A DNA stretch of 63,720 nt, filler included, from Rhabdomonas costata (GCA_019059605.1; 36 parts of 36 records of this genome joined end to end with filler, not necessarily neighbours in it), one strand, 5' to 3'; positions 49,644 through 62,441 are shown, counted from the first letter of the whole stretch. Made by a program: numbers and translations. Notes: generated by a model not told the origin, from the letters alone.

Positions 49644-51315
49644 GTCACCCCGGCTTGGATCTGCCGCCACCTTCCTCAAGTTCTCACAGTGCTGCAGCGC
49701 TGCACGGAGCTTCGGCCTGGGGAGCGGCCGCAGTGCTACCTGGTCCTGGGGCGGCAGCTGCTGCAGGCCCCGCCGCCCGCCTCTGCTAGGGCTTGGGTTC
49801 TGGGGGAGGTATGGGCCGCTGCTGGGGAATTCGCGGCGGTGCACCCAAAGCTGTACCTGGGATTGGCCCAGATCTGGCTTAAGTTCGCCCTGCTGTACCT
49901 GGGCCAGCCGGAGGTGAGCGCGCTTATACTCGCCGCACTGGATCAGAACTTCCCAAGCAGAGGGGTACCACGCATTGTGTTTTTGGTATAATTTGGAGTC
50001 AGGGGTAGGTTGAGTTTTTGTCCCTCCTTTCTCATTCTTCGAGCTCGTCCGCAGAAAGTTCTGAGGGCCAGGGTAAAGCGAAACTAATCGTGAAGGCAAA
50101 TGTGTAAAATGCAAAATGTGTATAATGTGTTTATTGTGTAAAATTTTTGGGCAATGGGCATAGAAGGAGTGGAGGGCAGGTAGAAATTAGAGGGGTTCGA
50201 GGTAGGAGGTTAGTGTTTGACTGCAGGGCTTCCTTCTGTATCTTATCGCATCGCATCGTGTCGTATCGTATGAATCGTAAGGAAGTATCATATCATACGT
50301 ATCGTATGTAACTCTTCACAAACGGTCGCCTGGTTCTCCTGGTTCTAGTTCTCGATTACTCATGAATTCTAGCTCACTTTCTGCAACACCCTCTGGGCGG
50401 TAGGTCGGAATGATTCTCTCGGACGTTCTCTCGCGGTTCAGCGAGACCCACGACTGGGCAGCCGGGGTGGAGGAGGGGGTGAGCCACCTCCTCTCCGCCG
50501 CGGTGCAGCACTCCGAGGATCTCTCCGCACTGCTCACCGCCGACCGCCTCCTCGCTCTGGTGAACTGGCTGAGCAGCCCGGTCAGGCTGGAGATCTGCCG
50601 CACCATTGTGGAGAGGTTCGCCTTCAGCCCACCTTTTATACGCTCATTTCGATTTTTCCATCTGATCCTTTTCCAAAGGACGTATTTCAGTTTTTAACAA
50701 CCGGGTTCATATCCAGGGTCAATGAGAAAACTAGAAAGATTGGCATATTGGCATGGGGGGGGAGGCTGATCGCATGAGTAGGCTTCCAGTGGTCCCAGAA
50801 CGAGATTATTCAGGATCAAGGAGTCCAAGTGAACACTGGGCATTTGGGTCTCGTGATCCTGTGATGTTCCGCCTGGGTGAACATCAAAACACATGGCACG
50901 TGCGGTCGCCACTCCCGGCTGTTGTTTTGTATGCCGTTCTTCGCCCTCGCGTTTGTCTGTGTGGTTCTCAACGATTGCCCCCCTGTGGCGACTTTCTTTC
51001 TATTTGATGTGAACTATGTTGCGTGTTTTGAATGGTTGTACCCAACTTTGACACTGTTTAGGTTTGCCTCGTCCAAGCAGCCCTCAGCCAGCAGCGCTTG
51101 TCCCCCTGCCGTGGTGCAGGCCCTGCTAGAGCTGTGCAGAATCCTCCACAACAACCTCACCGAGTCCGCAATCGAGGACGTCCGGCGACAGTACTCCCAA
51201 CTCATCTGTGCGACGATCCGGAGGATCGACTTTGGGGGGGACCACGACGCCCACCTCAGCTTCTATGTGGAGTGCCGGCGAAGCTTCGCCCGGCTGGACG
51301 TTGCTCTGGAAGCTA
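49644..51315 (+). CDS. VPS35L: Retriever complex subunit VPS35L (C16orf62), 3 internal exons: 49644-49913, 50404-50615, 51062-51315
   Basis: ALLELCRILHNNL...EDVRRQYSQLICATIRRIDFGGDHDAHLSFYVECRRSF matches recalled VPS35L CKTMHDS...SFGRDFEQQLSFYVESR. Confidence 0.85.
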
Positions 51316-51695
51316 NNNNNNNNNNNNNNNNNNNNNNNNNNNNNNNNNNNNNNNNNNNNTTAATTAATTAANNNNNNNNNNNNNNNNNNNNNNNNNNNNN
51401 NNNNNNNNNNNNNNNGGGTGCTTTTGCGGAGGTGCTGGTGGAACCGTGAAAAATTAATTTATATTTTCTTGTTTTTACATAATAGAATGACCCTTTGACG
51501 CACCCCTATCTGGTATTTTGGGGTATTCCGGACCGAAAGCGGCGCACTTACCAAAAATCGACTAAACCTGTCTGCTCAGTCTGCTTAATTCATTCGCGCG
51601 GGTGGGGGGGACCGAAAACATACCAAAACCCTTAAGTTATATAAAAGGATTCAACTTTACCCACCGAAAGCCGCAGGTCCAGCGTTTTCGGAAAC

Positions 51696-52158
51696 ATGGC
51701 GGGCCTCGGCACCATCAGGGTTCACTGCTACGCCGCAACGGCGCAACATCCAACCTTTCTGCTTCGGCTTCATTTTTTGGCGTTCGACCGGAACACCGCC
51801 CGTGCTCCGCCGCCCAACTTCTTCCAACCAGTAAGCTGCCCACCGTTGTTCGCGCCCCCTTCACCAAACCAAACTTAAACGCCACATCTGGCCGTGATCT
51901 GGATGACGCGCAAACAATCTGCAACCACGATGGTTGCAGCAGGTACGGGCAAAGTATTGTGTGTAATCCGGTCTTGTGTAGTTGCTCTGGACTCAATCGA
52001 ATGGGCTCGAGCAACCGTTCAAGGTCAGTTTTTCGGCGCTGTTGTTTGCTACCACGACCGGTAGAACGCAATTTGCATTTGCCTCTCCGGCACAGGCGTC
52101 GCTCCAACCCCTCCTTGCGATCAAGCCGCTTCTGGAAAAACGGGTGTCTCAGCAGAAG
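51696..52158 (+). CDS. Probable multi-exon gene of unknown function: 51696-51830, 51982-52023, 52096-52158
   Basis: ATG plus three phase-0 exons with good GT/AG sites. No family recognised. Confidence 0.35.
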
Positions 52159-53246
52159 GTCGCATTGACACACCACCCTTCCCAAACGCGTAAACACACA
52201 TCCACCGCCCGCCGCCGCCGCCGCAAGCATCGGCCCCCCAACGTTCTCCAAAGATAAAACCGGGCCCGCGGCCCGGTTCTGTTTTTGGCTGGAAGGACAC
52301 CTCCCTTCTATCCCGCTCCTCAACACTCTCGTCCTCTCTGGGGTTTCCGCTTGACCCCGACCACCGCGAGGCCCCACCTTCCGAAACGGCGGCCCGCAGA
52401 GAAGGACGAAGCCCACATATCTCACACGGTGTTTCAAGCATCGAAAAGTTCTATATTTACGTAATGAAGGATGGAGCTGAAGCCAAGATATAAAGAGTTA
52501 ACGTAACGTAACGTAAGTACAGCGAAACAAGGACATAGAGGGAAAGGGTATCATATACACATTGCTAAGTTTCTGTGCTTGGGAAGCCTTGCAATAACGT
52601 TGTTTCGGAACGGGATAAAATAAAGGTTTTTTGATTCGGCTTTTTGGACTTGCGTCTCAGCGTTTGTCATTTCCATAAAAAGATTCGGATTCGGAATGGC
52701 ACAACACGCACTCCTAATCTTCAGAAACCCCCGGTGAGAAGACACCAATCACAGCAAGAACTTCCAAGTCTGAGGGTACGAGAGGGTGAATTGGAAAAAA
52801 CCTCTGCATCCAAGCATCACCAGAGAACCCCACTTGCTTACGAGCCCCACTGGGTCGTCGTCGGAGCCTCCCAGTTGGCGGTGTCGTCACCCCTGAAAAG
52901 CACCCCACGCAAGTTCCACCAATTCACAGGAATTGGTCTGATCACCTTTGTTTTGCTGGAGGCCCACGAGTCACAAGCATACGCAGAAGTACAGAGAAGA
53001 CTCCATTAGACCTCCATCCAATGGGCAGTGGCCATCTGTATACTTCTCGTTTCGCCCCCCTCCCCATCTTCGTATCCCCCAACCCACANNNNNNNNNNNN
53101 NNNNNNNNNNNNNNNNNNNNNNNNNNNNNNNNTTAATTAATTAANNNNNNNNNNNNNNNNNNNNNNNNNNNNNNNNNNNNNNNNNNNNGGGTGGTTTTCA
53201 TCAACACTCTCGGCTCTGTTCTCGTGTTTTTTGTTGTCATTTTCAG

Positions 53247-54548
53247 GAACCTTTGATCTGCCATCGTGTGCAGTCGTGCTGGTGTCTCCTTTTGGAGTTT
53301 TGTCGTGCAAGAATAAGTCTCCTGGCCAACATCACTAATGAGCTAATGACTCACTTCCGGAGCGAAAGGAAGGTTTCACTTTGTTTTTGTTTCTGTTACA
53401 GAAAACTCAAGTCCTTTTATCCTTCAGATTTTAGTAAATACGATGGAACAAATGGGTGGCTTATCGATATACCTTGAAAACCAAGGTCTTCCGCGCCACT
53501 TATACGCTGCCACACCGCAGCGTGCTCTGGGATTTCCCCACTACCCGCCGCGCGACTTTATGACGGTGCGAATAGGAGGCGTGGTAGAACGGTGCCATTC
53601 TGTTCGGTCCTTAGTGGATTTCTTGGAGTTTATGTCCAGGCCCGATTCGTTCAGGCATGCATCTTGTCTTTGCAAGTTTGAGGTTTCTCTCTTTGCCCTC
53701 GCTCTGTCTTCCATGGAATCACTCGTGCCATTCTTCCTTCTCAGCAATGCAGCTCCGAATTCTCACTTGGTGTATAGGCCATGGTTTACCCACTTACAGA
53801 GCTATCGCAGCCAGATTTCACCCAATTCATTGTCTGCGGCGGCGAGTATGCGGTGGTGCAAGCGGAAAAGGTGTGCGTCCGTCCATTAGCACACAGGGTT
53901 CACATGCGGAAGTGTGAGACTTCGCTGCTTTTTTCTACTGGTCGATATGTTCCTGCGACGCTCGTTTTGTTGTTGTCATCTTGTTCAGTGTTTGGAGCCT
54001 GCTCACACACGGAGCCCAACAATCTGGATGGGCCCTCCCCCCCCCCCCCCCCTTCGGAAATTGGGGTGCCGCAGCCTCAACAGAGTCAACGGGATTCATT
54101 TAAATTCGAGACAAAGGCGGAACCATCCAAGGAGCTCCGGTGAGTGTGAACGGGGTTTTTGGTGCCCACGTGTTCCTCAAAATGAGAGCTTTGTAGCGCC
54201 AGTCTTTGAAACTCTCGTCGCGATGCTTATTTATAGACCATACCAAACGAACAGTGAATAAGGGCCCATCCTGTGCAGTACAGGAAGGAGGTGCTGTTCT
54301 TTCTGACACCCCGTCTATTTCCTTCACTTTTCCCGCATTTTATCAGGGCTAACATCAGACGACGAATCCTCAAATGTGCCCAGAAAAATCTGGGAAATCA
54401 CATAACCGTTGACGACTTCATCGTCAGAGAATTGGTATTGCTTCCGTTTTTCAAAGCACACCCCAGTTATTTGCCGCCTCGCGAGGCAGTGAAGACGATC
54501 CTCCAAAAAGGGGGATTTGGTGTCTTGGAAACCCTCGAGATCTACAAG
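53247..54548 (+). CDS. Multi-exon gene fragment, unknown protein
   Basis: Several AG/GT-bounded open segments, e.g. EPLICHRVQSCWCLLLEF...ERK and ANIRRRILKCAQ...LEIYK. Confidence 0.4.
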
Positions 54549-55405
54549 GTTTGTCATGTTTGCTGAGCACACTGGTAGCTCCTGCCTTCTAACTTGGGGA
54601 ATTGCTTCTTCGTTTTTTGTTTTGCAAACGCAAGTTTCTGATCAACTGTTATCCAGTGGGTCTTCCCTCGGTTGTACCTTCGCATTGGCTGAGCGAAAGG
54701 GTTTAGATGGAAGCAGCTGGAGTTGGGGAGAAGTTGGGAGCTTGTTGTATGGTAAAGGGGAAGATCCGTGCAATTTTACTTCCATTCTCACTCCCGGCAC
54801 CACCGCCGACACCTAGAAAAGCAGTCACTTCACATTTACCAGAGTCACCAAACACACCAANNNNNNNNNNNNNNNNNNNNNNNNNNNNNNNNNNNNNNNN
54901 NNNNTTAATTAATTAANNNNNNNNNNNNNNNNNNNNNNNNNNNNNNNNNNNNNNNNNNNNGTTGGATGTTTCGCTCAAAAGATGAAATGCAGCACCTTAC
55001 ATGACTTTTCGATAAACCACAAAGGCCAAAGGTGACTGCATAATGGCAATGCGTAAAATAGCAGGATATATTAGATGCATCAAAAGAGAAAACTGCCCTC
55101 ATCGGATTCCACGTGAATTTGTTTCTCAAGACTTAACGAAGAGTTGTGCGTCAGTCCCTTACATACATGTGGTTGCTACTGCCACTTTTTCCTTCACTTT
55201 TCCACCTCTTCCACTTTCCTCAGTGTTGTCTTGCGTGGCGAATCCATCGACGTCTCGCCCCGCCTTCAGCTCCTGATGAGCTTGAGCTTAAGTGCCCTGC
55301 TCCTTGAATTTGCCTTCCGCAATAAATGTCGCCAGGCCGATGCAGTTTTGAACTTATCAAGAATATCACAGCGAAAGTCTCTGTTTAAAGGATGACACCG
55401 CAGAC

Positions 55406-56282
55406 CTCCTCGTCTTCATCAGCGTCACCTGTGCCCATCGCCAGCAGAAAGTCACGGTCATCTGGATCCTGTGAGGTATCCCCACCCCGAGAATTTATAG
55501 AGAAGCAAAAAGGCACCGTCCAGCTTATCGCTTGCATCAGTGGCGATGTCTTTTCTTGCAATCTTGTTCTGGCCTTATATTCCGTTAGAGCACGGAGGAC
55601 GTTAGAGCAAAAAAAAAAAACACAATGAGGTAAAGTGCAAGTGACGAAGGTCACAGAAGGACTTGCCATGTTCGATGAACTTCTACAAAGTAACACCAAA
55701 CAATATCCATCGAGGATATGGATACCAATGCGAGAACACTTCGCACACCTCACCGCTGAAGAACCGCTCCCAGACATCGTGGGGGTCCATCTCCAGGGCG
55801 TTCTCCTCGCTGTAGGCCTCACACCGCTGCAGACCCTCCAGCCCGTGGCGGTCGTACACCTGCCGGCGGGCGGGGTCCCTCAGCACAGCAAACGCAATGC
55901 CAAGTCGCCAGAACTGGGCCACGGCCTCGACCTGCGCCCGAGGCCCTTGTGAGGCACCGTTGTCGTGGTGCCAGCTGGGCTGGCACCTTTGAAGGGGGTG
56001 GAAATTGATCAAAGCCGACGCTAATGCGTCAGAAACAACGTAAATCTTAAACTGCCCACTCCTCAAGCAAAAACGGTCAATGACGGGCCATGCCTGAGGC
56101 AGAGCCGGTAGTACGCCCCCCGCAGCTGAGCCGCGCCCGCGCTGCGTGGCACCTGTAGAACACGGTAGAGGTCGTGCGAGGACAGCTCCAGGTCCTCCCA
56201 GGACTGCGGGTACGGCACGACTACCTCCCGAGGGGCGGAAGGAAGCAGCTCCTCTTGCTCGGAGTAAGCTGCCGGAGTACTT
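55406..56282 (-). CDS. J-domain-like (DnaJ family) protein lacking HPD; exons about 56282-56094, 55986-55749, 55468-55406
   Basis: DLYRVLQVPRSAGAAQLRGAYYRLCLR|CQPS...QFWRLGIAFAVLRDPARRQVYDRHGLEGL...DPHDVWERFF, covering J-domain helices I-IV plus a DIF-like motif. Confidence 0.85.
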
Positions 56283-57302
56283 CTGCAACACCCATCCCAT
56301 AGACATCACTGCGCGTCACCCCCAGAACCTCTCAATGGTACCACTCGCGCCACGCGTGCGCCATGTTTGCGTCGTCATGAGTGTGTCGACCCACTCTAAT
56401 TTGATGAAAGTTACACGTTGCCTTCTCTCATAGCACCACAGCCCGGCTCAGCCATTTTCAGAGACATTTTTAAGATTGCGTCACCTTACAATTTTTTGGA
56501 GTCATGTTCATAGTTGTGCTTAGGTAATACGGTTATACATCATGCAGATGCCAAAAAGCATCCGACTGTTATGCAGATGTACTCAGGCAAGTACCCATGA
56601 TCCAATCCTCGCAAACTGATTCCACACACACANNNNNNNNNNNNNNNNNNNNNNNNNNNNNNNNNNNNNNNNNNNNTTAATTAATTAANNNNNNNNNNNN
56701 NNNNNNNNNNNNNNNNNNNNNNNNNNNNNNNNGGTGTGGGGGGCGGTACGTTTGTGTGTGCGCGAGGAAAAGCATGTAAAGGACGCCAAAACACTGAAGA
56801 AATAGTCTTTCGACTTCGACTTCGAGGGGGGGGGGGTGCACACCAAAATTCTCCTTGGTTCCAACCGTGCAGTCGGTCATGTCACTTGTCGAGAAACACT
56901 GAGGACAGGAGAGATGAGTGCAGAGGATTTCAGGTACTCAAGTACCTGAACTCCAACACACTTCTCAATATTGAGAATACCCCCGAAACCCTAACAGGCT
57001 TAACAGGCTAAGAGAGCACGAACGACGACGACCAAGTCACAGGCAGACCTGATCGTTCAAACCGCAGAAGCTGCAGGAGTAGGCTGACGAGGGACAGTCT
57101 GAGAAACAAACAGATACCCCCAAAGACCCCAAATTAGACCAACGCCTCCCAGTGGATGCAGCGGGACATTTTTTTTAACAACAAAGCAAACAGCGGCAAC
57201 TATACCTTCAGAAGTAACTTCTGTTAATCAACGACAAGCGGGGATCAAAAAAGAAGTGATCAAAAAGTCTATAACAGTCGGGCGCACGAGGCGAGCACAT
57301 AC

Positions 57303-58404
57303 TTCCAGTGCAGGGCTGCGTGTTACACACGGTAAACTCCACCTCGGTACCACAGACCGTGGCGTCCACAGCGCGGGACTGAATTCCACCTAAGTATAAC
57401 GGCATCACGGACAGCACCATGTGACAACCACCGAGAAGAGCCGGGCGGTTGAAAAAAAAACGGTGTGGAAATCAGCAGAGGACGGGAGAGAATGAGAGCG
57501 AGAGCGGGCGAGCGAGAGAGAGAGACCCCCACACGTGACGGAGCAGGGGCCGAAGGCAGTTCTGTTGCTGAGGATGAGAGGAACAGTGCCGTTGGGGCAT
57601 ACCGGGGAAAAGCCTGAAGACAAAAAAGCGCGAAAAGAGGAGCTCCCGCGAAAACCGTATACCCCATCGGCAAAATTCCGGTTCGGGTCCAATACATTTT
57701 CCTTTGGGGTCCTTTGGCGGGCGTTGAACGTTATTTAAGTATCAGTATCGCACTGGAATTGAAAGCAAACCGCTGGTGTCTGCAGGCTGCTCTAAAGATG
57801 TGTAAATAAGTTTGCCCTACTCAAAGCGGCAGAGAAAACAAAAATGCACACCACAGCCACGGGTGTTGCAGACGGCGATCTGCGTGGTTCCAGCCTCGAA
57901 GTCACAGGGCTTGCCCCCGTTGGCTGCGGCCGTAGTCACCACGAAGACCTGTTGCAGCGTCCCCCCGCCGCAGGTCACCGAGCAGGGGCTGGAGAGCAGG
58001 AAGGACCCCTTGCAGTTGACGGTGATGTTATTGCCTGAGGGAAACCAGGAGTCTTCGCCCATACAGAAAAGTGTTGTGATTCACTGTGTAGTGCATAAGT
58101 GTTGCGATACACTTGTTAATGGAATCAACAGACACCCAGAATGCCCGCTATTCACCACAAAACCTGGCCAGGGTGCGTTTCGTCCCCCCCCCCATTCTTT
58201 TCAAATCAGCAGCGTCATTGCCGTCATTGTCAGGGACGCGAATCTCTTTTAAAGCATGGTGAAACTCCAAGAAAAACATGTAAAAAGAACAAAGCCTAGC
58301 AAGCGGGCGAAAGAAGTACACACCACAGCTCTCGGTGTTGCACGCCGCGGCGAACGGGGGTGCGCCGTGCTCCTCCCGCAGTGGGGACACGATCTCCACA
58401 AACC
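57303..58404 (-). CDS. Thrombospondin type-1 repeat protein; exons 58404-58324, 58034-57852, 57613-57527, 57389-57303
   Basis: Repeated PCSVTCGGG...NGGKPC...CNTRGC, CNTESC and CNTQPC motifs, with phase-1 GT-AG introns. Confidence 0.88.
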
Positions 58405-59196
58405 NNNNNNNNNNNNNNNNNNNNNNNNNNNNNNNNNNNNNNNNNNNNTTAATTAATTAANNNNNNNNNNNNNNNNNNNNNNNNNNNNNNNNNNNNNNNN
58501 NNNNGTGGGGGTGTTCAGCCCACTTAGCCCAACCAGTTGAAGTTGGACCGAAGAGGATATTACGCAATGGGATGAATTTAAATAGAAGCGCGGAAGTTCT
58601 GAGGGAAAAGGCAATGAAATTAAACACGGGGCATGTGTCTCTGAGAAAGTCGCATTGCGGCAGACTGCTCCGCAGGCCTTGACAGACATATTTGTTTGGA
58701 CATCTCTGCCCCCCCCCCAAGCATGTTGCCTACTTAGTTTTGACTTTGTTTCTTAGTCACAATTTTTTGTTGTGTTGAGAGATTCAGATGAGGTTGGAGT
58801 AGGGGGTTAGGATTGGCACACAAAAGATTTTTTTAGAGAAGGGGGGCAGCTATTGTAGTCAAATGAAGTGCAACCCGTTGTGTATTTCGGGGACGCAAAT
58901 GCGCGGATTCTTAGGCTTGAATGTGGTCATCCCGGCCGATTTTTTTTTGTGTGTGTGCGTTCAATTTAGTAATTAGAAGAGGAGCACGCGAAGATTTGAA
59001 AGCAGCGGAGTTTATTGCAAGGAATGAAAAACGCCCCACTCCAGGAGGCAGACAACGAGTTTTTCCTATTCCCCATGGAAAAGGGCTTACATGTCACGTG
59101 TCTGCAGGTTGCAAGTGTAAGAGAGGGTGACGAGGAAAGTAGGGAACTCCCCCACTTCGTAGAGCTGTGGGGAGTCCCTCCGTTCACTCCTCTCAG

Positions 59197-59938
59197 GTGT
59201 GGTGCAAGACGTGTGGCACGGAAGTGGGGTGGAAGTTTCTGGGGGAGGTCTACTACGCGGAGCGCGTGGAGCTGTCGTGGTATAAGGACCGCTATGGCCT
59301 TGTTTTGTCCAGGTGAGGGTGTTTTCTCAGTGCGTGAGTTCATTTCTATTTTCCCTCCATAGGCATATGATCATGGCAGCGAGTGACTGCCTGAATTAGA
59401 ACGTCGGAATCTGCTGTCATTTGTTTGTCAACAAGGCACGCTACTGTCAACAGTTGGTGGCGAACCCCCCCAGAAAAAACAGGGTGAGTGGTGAAATGAG
59501 CCTATGATCCTTTGACGCCCGTTCGACGGAGAGCTCTTTGTGCGTTCATATGAAAGGTTGGAACCACTGGTTCCTTCATGCCGTGAACTATCTGATCGAC
59601 TCTGCGCTAGTGATGTGCCACGTGTACCAGGGCTGTTTGTTGCAGAGAAAGCGCATTAATCAGATTCCAATGATTAAATCGTGAACAGAAAGTTCTTTGA
59701 AAACTTCAGTCTTGCAGGAGTGCACGTGAACGCGAACCTACGCTTATACACTCGCACCACTGGTGGTTCTGATAGGAACTTATGGGGACCCCTTCTCGTT
59801 CTCTATGGCACAGGGTGAAGGGCTTGAGGTCCCCCGACCGAGTGTTGTCCCTGTCCCTGGCGCAGCTGATCCAGCATCTAGCCATGGCGGGGATGCTGGG
59901 AAATGTCGTGGCGGACGGTGACCCCGAGGAGGAGCAGG
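59197..59938 (+). CDS. Yippee/Mis18-like zinc-binding protein; exons 59197-59312 and 59814-59938
   Basis: VWCKTCGTEVGWKF...YKDRYGLVLSR|V resembles the second CxxC-x3-LGWKY half of the Yippee fold. It is not called in the ORF track. Confidence 0.6.
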
Positions 59939-60748
59939 GTGAGCAGCCGTGAATCCTCCCCCCACCCGCACAACTCCTCACTGCTTATTGCGACCCGCAA
60001 CCTGGGAGGGATGTAAGGAAGAGGGGTTGGGAGGTGGGTTAGACCTGCGGGTGTTATGACCCATGAAGCACTGCTGTACTGAATCAGCCACGCTTCTGAA
60101 AATTGGTCTGACACCGGATGAAGGGGGTTTGCGCGACTCTGGGGGTTTGCACTGCGGGTTTAACCCACCCCAAACCNNNNNNNNNNNNNNNNNNNNNNNN
60201 NNNNNNNNNNNNNNNNNNNNTTAATTAATTAANNNNNNNNNNNNNNNNNNNNNNNNNNNNNNNNNNNNNNNNNNNNTTTTTCGCGTTTTTGTTGGAGCGA
60301 ATCTCTCAGTATCACAGAAGAAGCGCACTTTCAGGCTTTTCTTATCGGGAAAGCAATTCTGTCGACAGAGGATGCAGGGGAGGTTGTGTGGGCATTCACG
60401 TTTGTCCATGTGACTACGGGTTTCACAAAGTATGCCTCAGAAGGAGTCATTCTTCGGAAGAAGGGGGGGGGGATAACAGCTGTTAGCTTGACAGCGAATG
60501 CGTTGAGCCACACAAAACCCGTGTCATCGAAAAGCTGCGGAGCTTTCAACAGCAACATTTTAACGGCTAAATGCTTACCTCTCCAAGACCTGTACCTTTC
60601 CTCTCATTGTGTCATTGAGCTTACGCCAGATCAAGAAATAAGTGCCGGTGGATGGCATTTGATTGTCATGTGTGGCCAACAGCCTATTCCCTGAACTCTC
60701 CAATTCCATCCCATTGCATGGTTTCATCGTGTGCATGTATGTTTGCAG

Positions 60749-61574
60749 ATCCGACCTCATTTGGAATCATCGAACGCGTGAGGAGCTTCGCGTTGCCGTG
60801 GAGAACGAGCTGCGGGCATTCCAGCAGGCCAAGGTTCCACTTTGGCTTGAACGGAAAAAAGTTCGCTGCGTCAGTTTCCCGTTGCAAAACATAACCTCTG
60901 TTTTTTTTTCAGTGCCAGGGAACCTCTGCCTGCAGGGCAGAGCTGTGGAAAAATTGCGAATATCTGAATGTAAGAGGGATGAAATACGAATCATACGGAT
61001 TTTTTGTACTGATTTCTGCGGATTTTTGCAAACCAGAGAGGACAAACAAGCATGAATTTGTGTGAAAATCCGTTCTTGTGATGGCAGTACGTACGGGAGG
61101 GGGGGGGGGCAGGATCTGTACCCGTCCATGGTAATCGTATGGAACCACGAGGAGTACGAAGTGCGGTACGCTGCGCTGGCCAATGAGGTGCAGATCGGGG
61201 ACCACTACCTCAGGGTCCTGCTCAGCAACCCCACCCCAAACATTGCCGAGCCCTCCAAGTTCTTCACCGAGCTGTACGCGTTTCGCTTCCCGCACTCCCT
61301 TCCTCCGGCCCTCGTCGACCCCCCTACGCAGTGCTTGCTACCACACCTCCCACGTGCCACTAAGAATCACGGACGACAAGCGTACATGTGGGATGATGAA
61401 ATTCTAGGCAGTGGCGCATAAAGTCGGAATGAGGCAATGTCTGGCGTCATTTTGGGGTATGTGGGGATTGGATAGTTTGTTGTGTTCCTTTGACGTTTGA
61501 GGTGCGGTTGATGTTTAGGTACCACAAATTTCTCCTGGCGACGGACGACGACATCCGAATGCAGTGCTTGCAGG
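60749..61574 (+). CDS. DNAJC13: RME-8 / DNAJC13, 3 internal exons: 60749-60833, 61113-61273, 61519-61574
   Basis: DLIWNHRTREELRVAVENELRAF...WNHEEYEVRYAALANEVQIGDHYLRVLL...FFTELYHKFLL...CLQ matches recalled RME-8 LIWN-KTREEL...WNH-EFEV-Y--L--EI-IGDYYLRLLL. Confidence 0.92.
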
Positions 61575-62441
61575 GTATATTTTTTTTACATCAATGTGGG
61601 AGATCTCTGAAGGAATGGAAGCACATTCTCCCGAATTGGCGTGCTCAATGAGCTGACCCAAACCGCCCACATGTGCCCCCTACCTCCGCTGCTTTGTTGT
61701 CGTGGGTTCCCGTGTTATTGATGTTTGTTCTCTGTGGTCTTTCTCGTGATGATGTCTAAGCCGTCATTCTTTGAGCTGCTCTCTCTCTCGACACTCTTCT
61801 TCCTCCCCACTTGAAGTTTACCATTGTTCAGGGCCGTGGTTAGGAAGAAGAGTGTCGAGAGAGAGAGCAGCTCAAAGAATGACGGCTTAGACATCATCAC
61901 GAGAAAGACCACAGAGAACAAACATCAATAACACGGGAACCCACAACCNNNNNNNNNNNNNNNNNNNNNNNNNNNNNNNNNNNNNNNNNNNNTTAATTAA
62001 TTAANNNNNNNNNNNNNNNNNNNNNNNNNNNNNNNNNNNNNNNNNNNNGTTGTGGGTGTTTGCGATAACTGGTGCCACGTTAGCAGCGAACATACAACAG
62101 GAAGAACTCTGCGAGCTAACGTGGCACCAGTTATCGCAAACACGCTCACCACACACGAATGCACAAAAAGGTATCCTCTGTCTCCATCTTCAAAACAGCC
62201 AAAGACACACCGCCGGTCAAAAAAGTTGCAAACGACCGCGCATAATGCATATATGTGCAAACGACAGCCTCCACATCAAAGGAAAAAAAGCACCACAATC
62301 CTGCCCAAGTCGTCAATGGAGGCGGTGCACACGGCGGAGGACAGAAAAAGCACAGAAACATGCCCCGCACGTGCGATGAGGGGAAAGTCGAGGCGAATCT
62401 TGCACACAGAGATGACATGCAAGACGCTGATATTCTGCTTA

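Noticed and set aside
50239..50310. Short tandem repeats (TATCG-like here; also 15806-15832, 35604-35632, 37550-37645, 52498-52516)
   Set aside because: Ordinary micro- and minisatellites or local duplications with no spacer structure.
51715..52437. 240-aa minus-strand ORF, and a neighbouring frame that opens if TGA is read as Trp
   Set aside because: No recognisable domain, and the plus strand has a better exon structure. MED31, TBC and ERGIC genes end in TGA, so there is no sign of recoding.
61702..61944. Perfect 103-bp inverted repeat; similar fold-backs at 1781-1829, 31931-31954, 37242-37361, 44316-44530, 47876-47966 and 62056-62143
   Set aside because: All have one arm at a contig end. 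The contig 26 arm is an inverted copy of an exon/intron junction of the MBL gene. This is the signature of amplification template-switch chimeras, not MITEs, terminators or ncRNAs. Unamplified reads would settle it.
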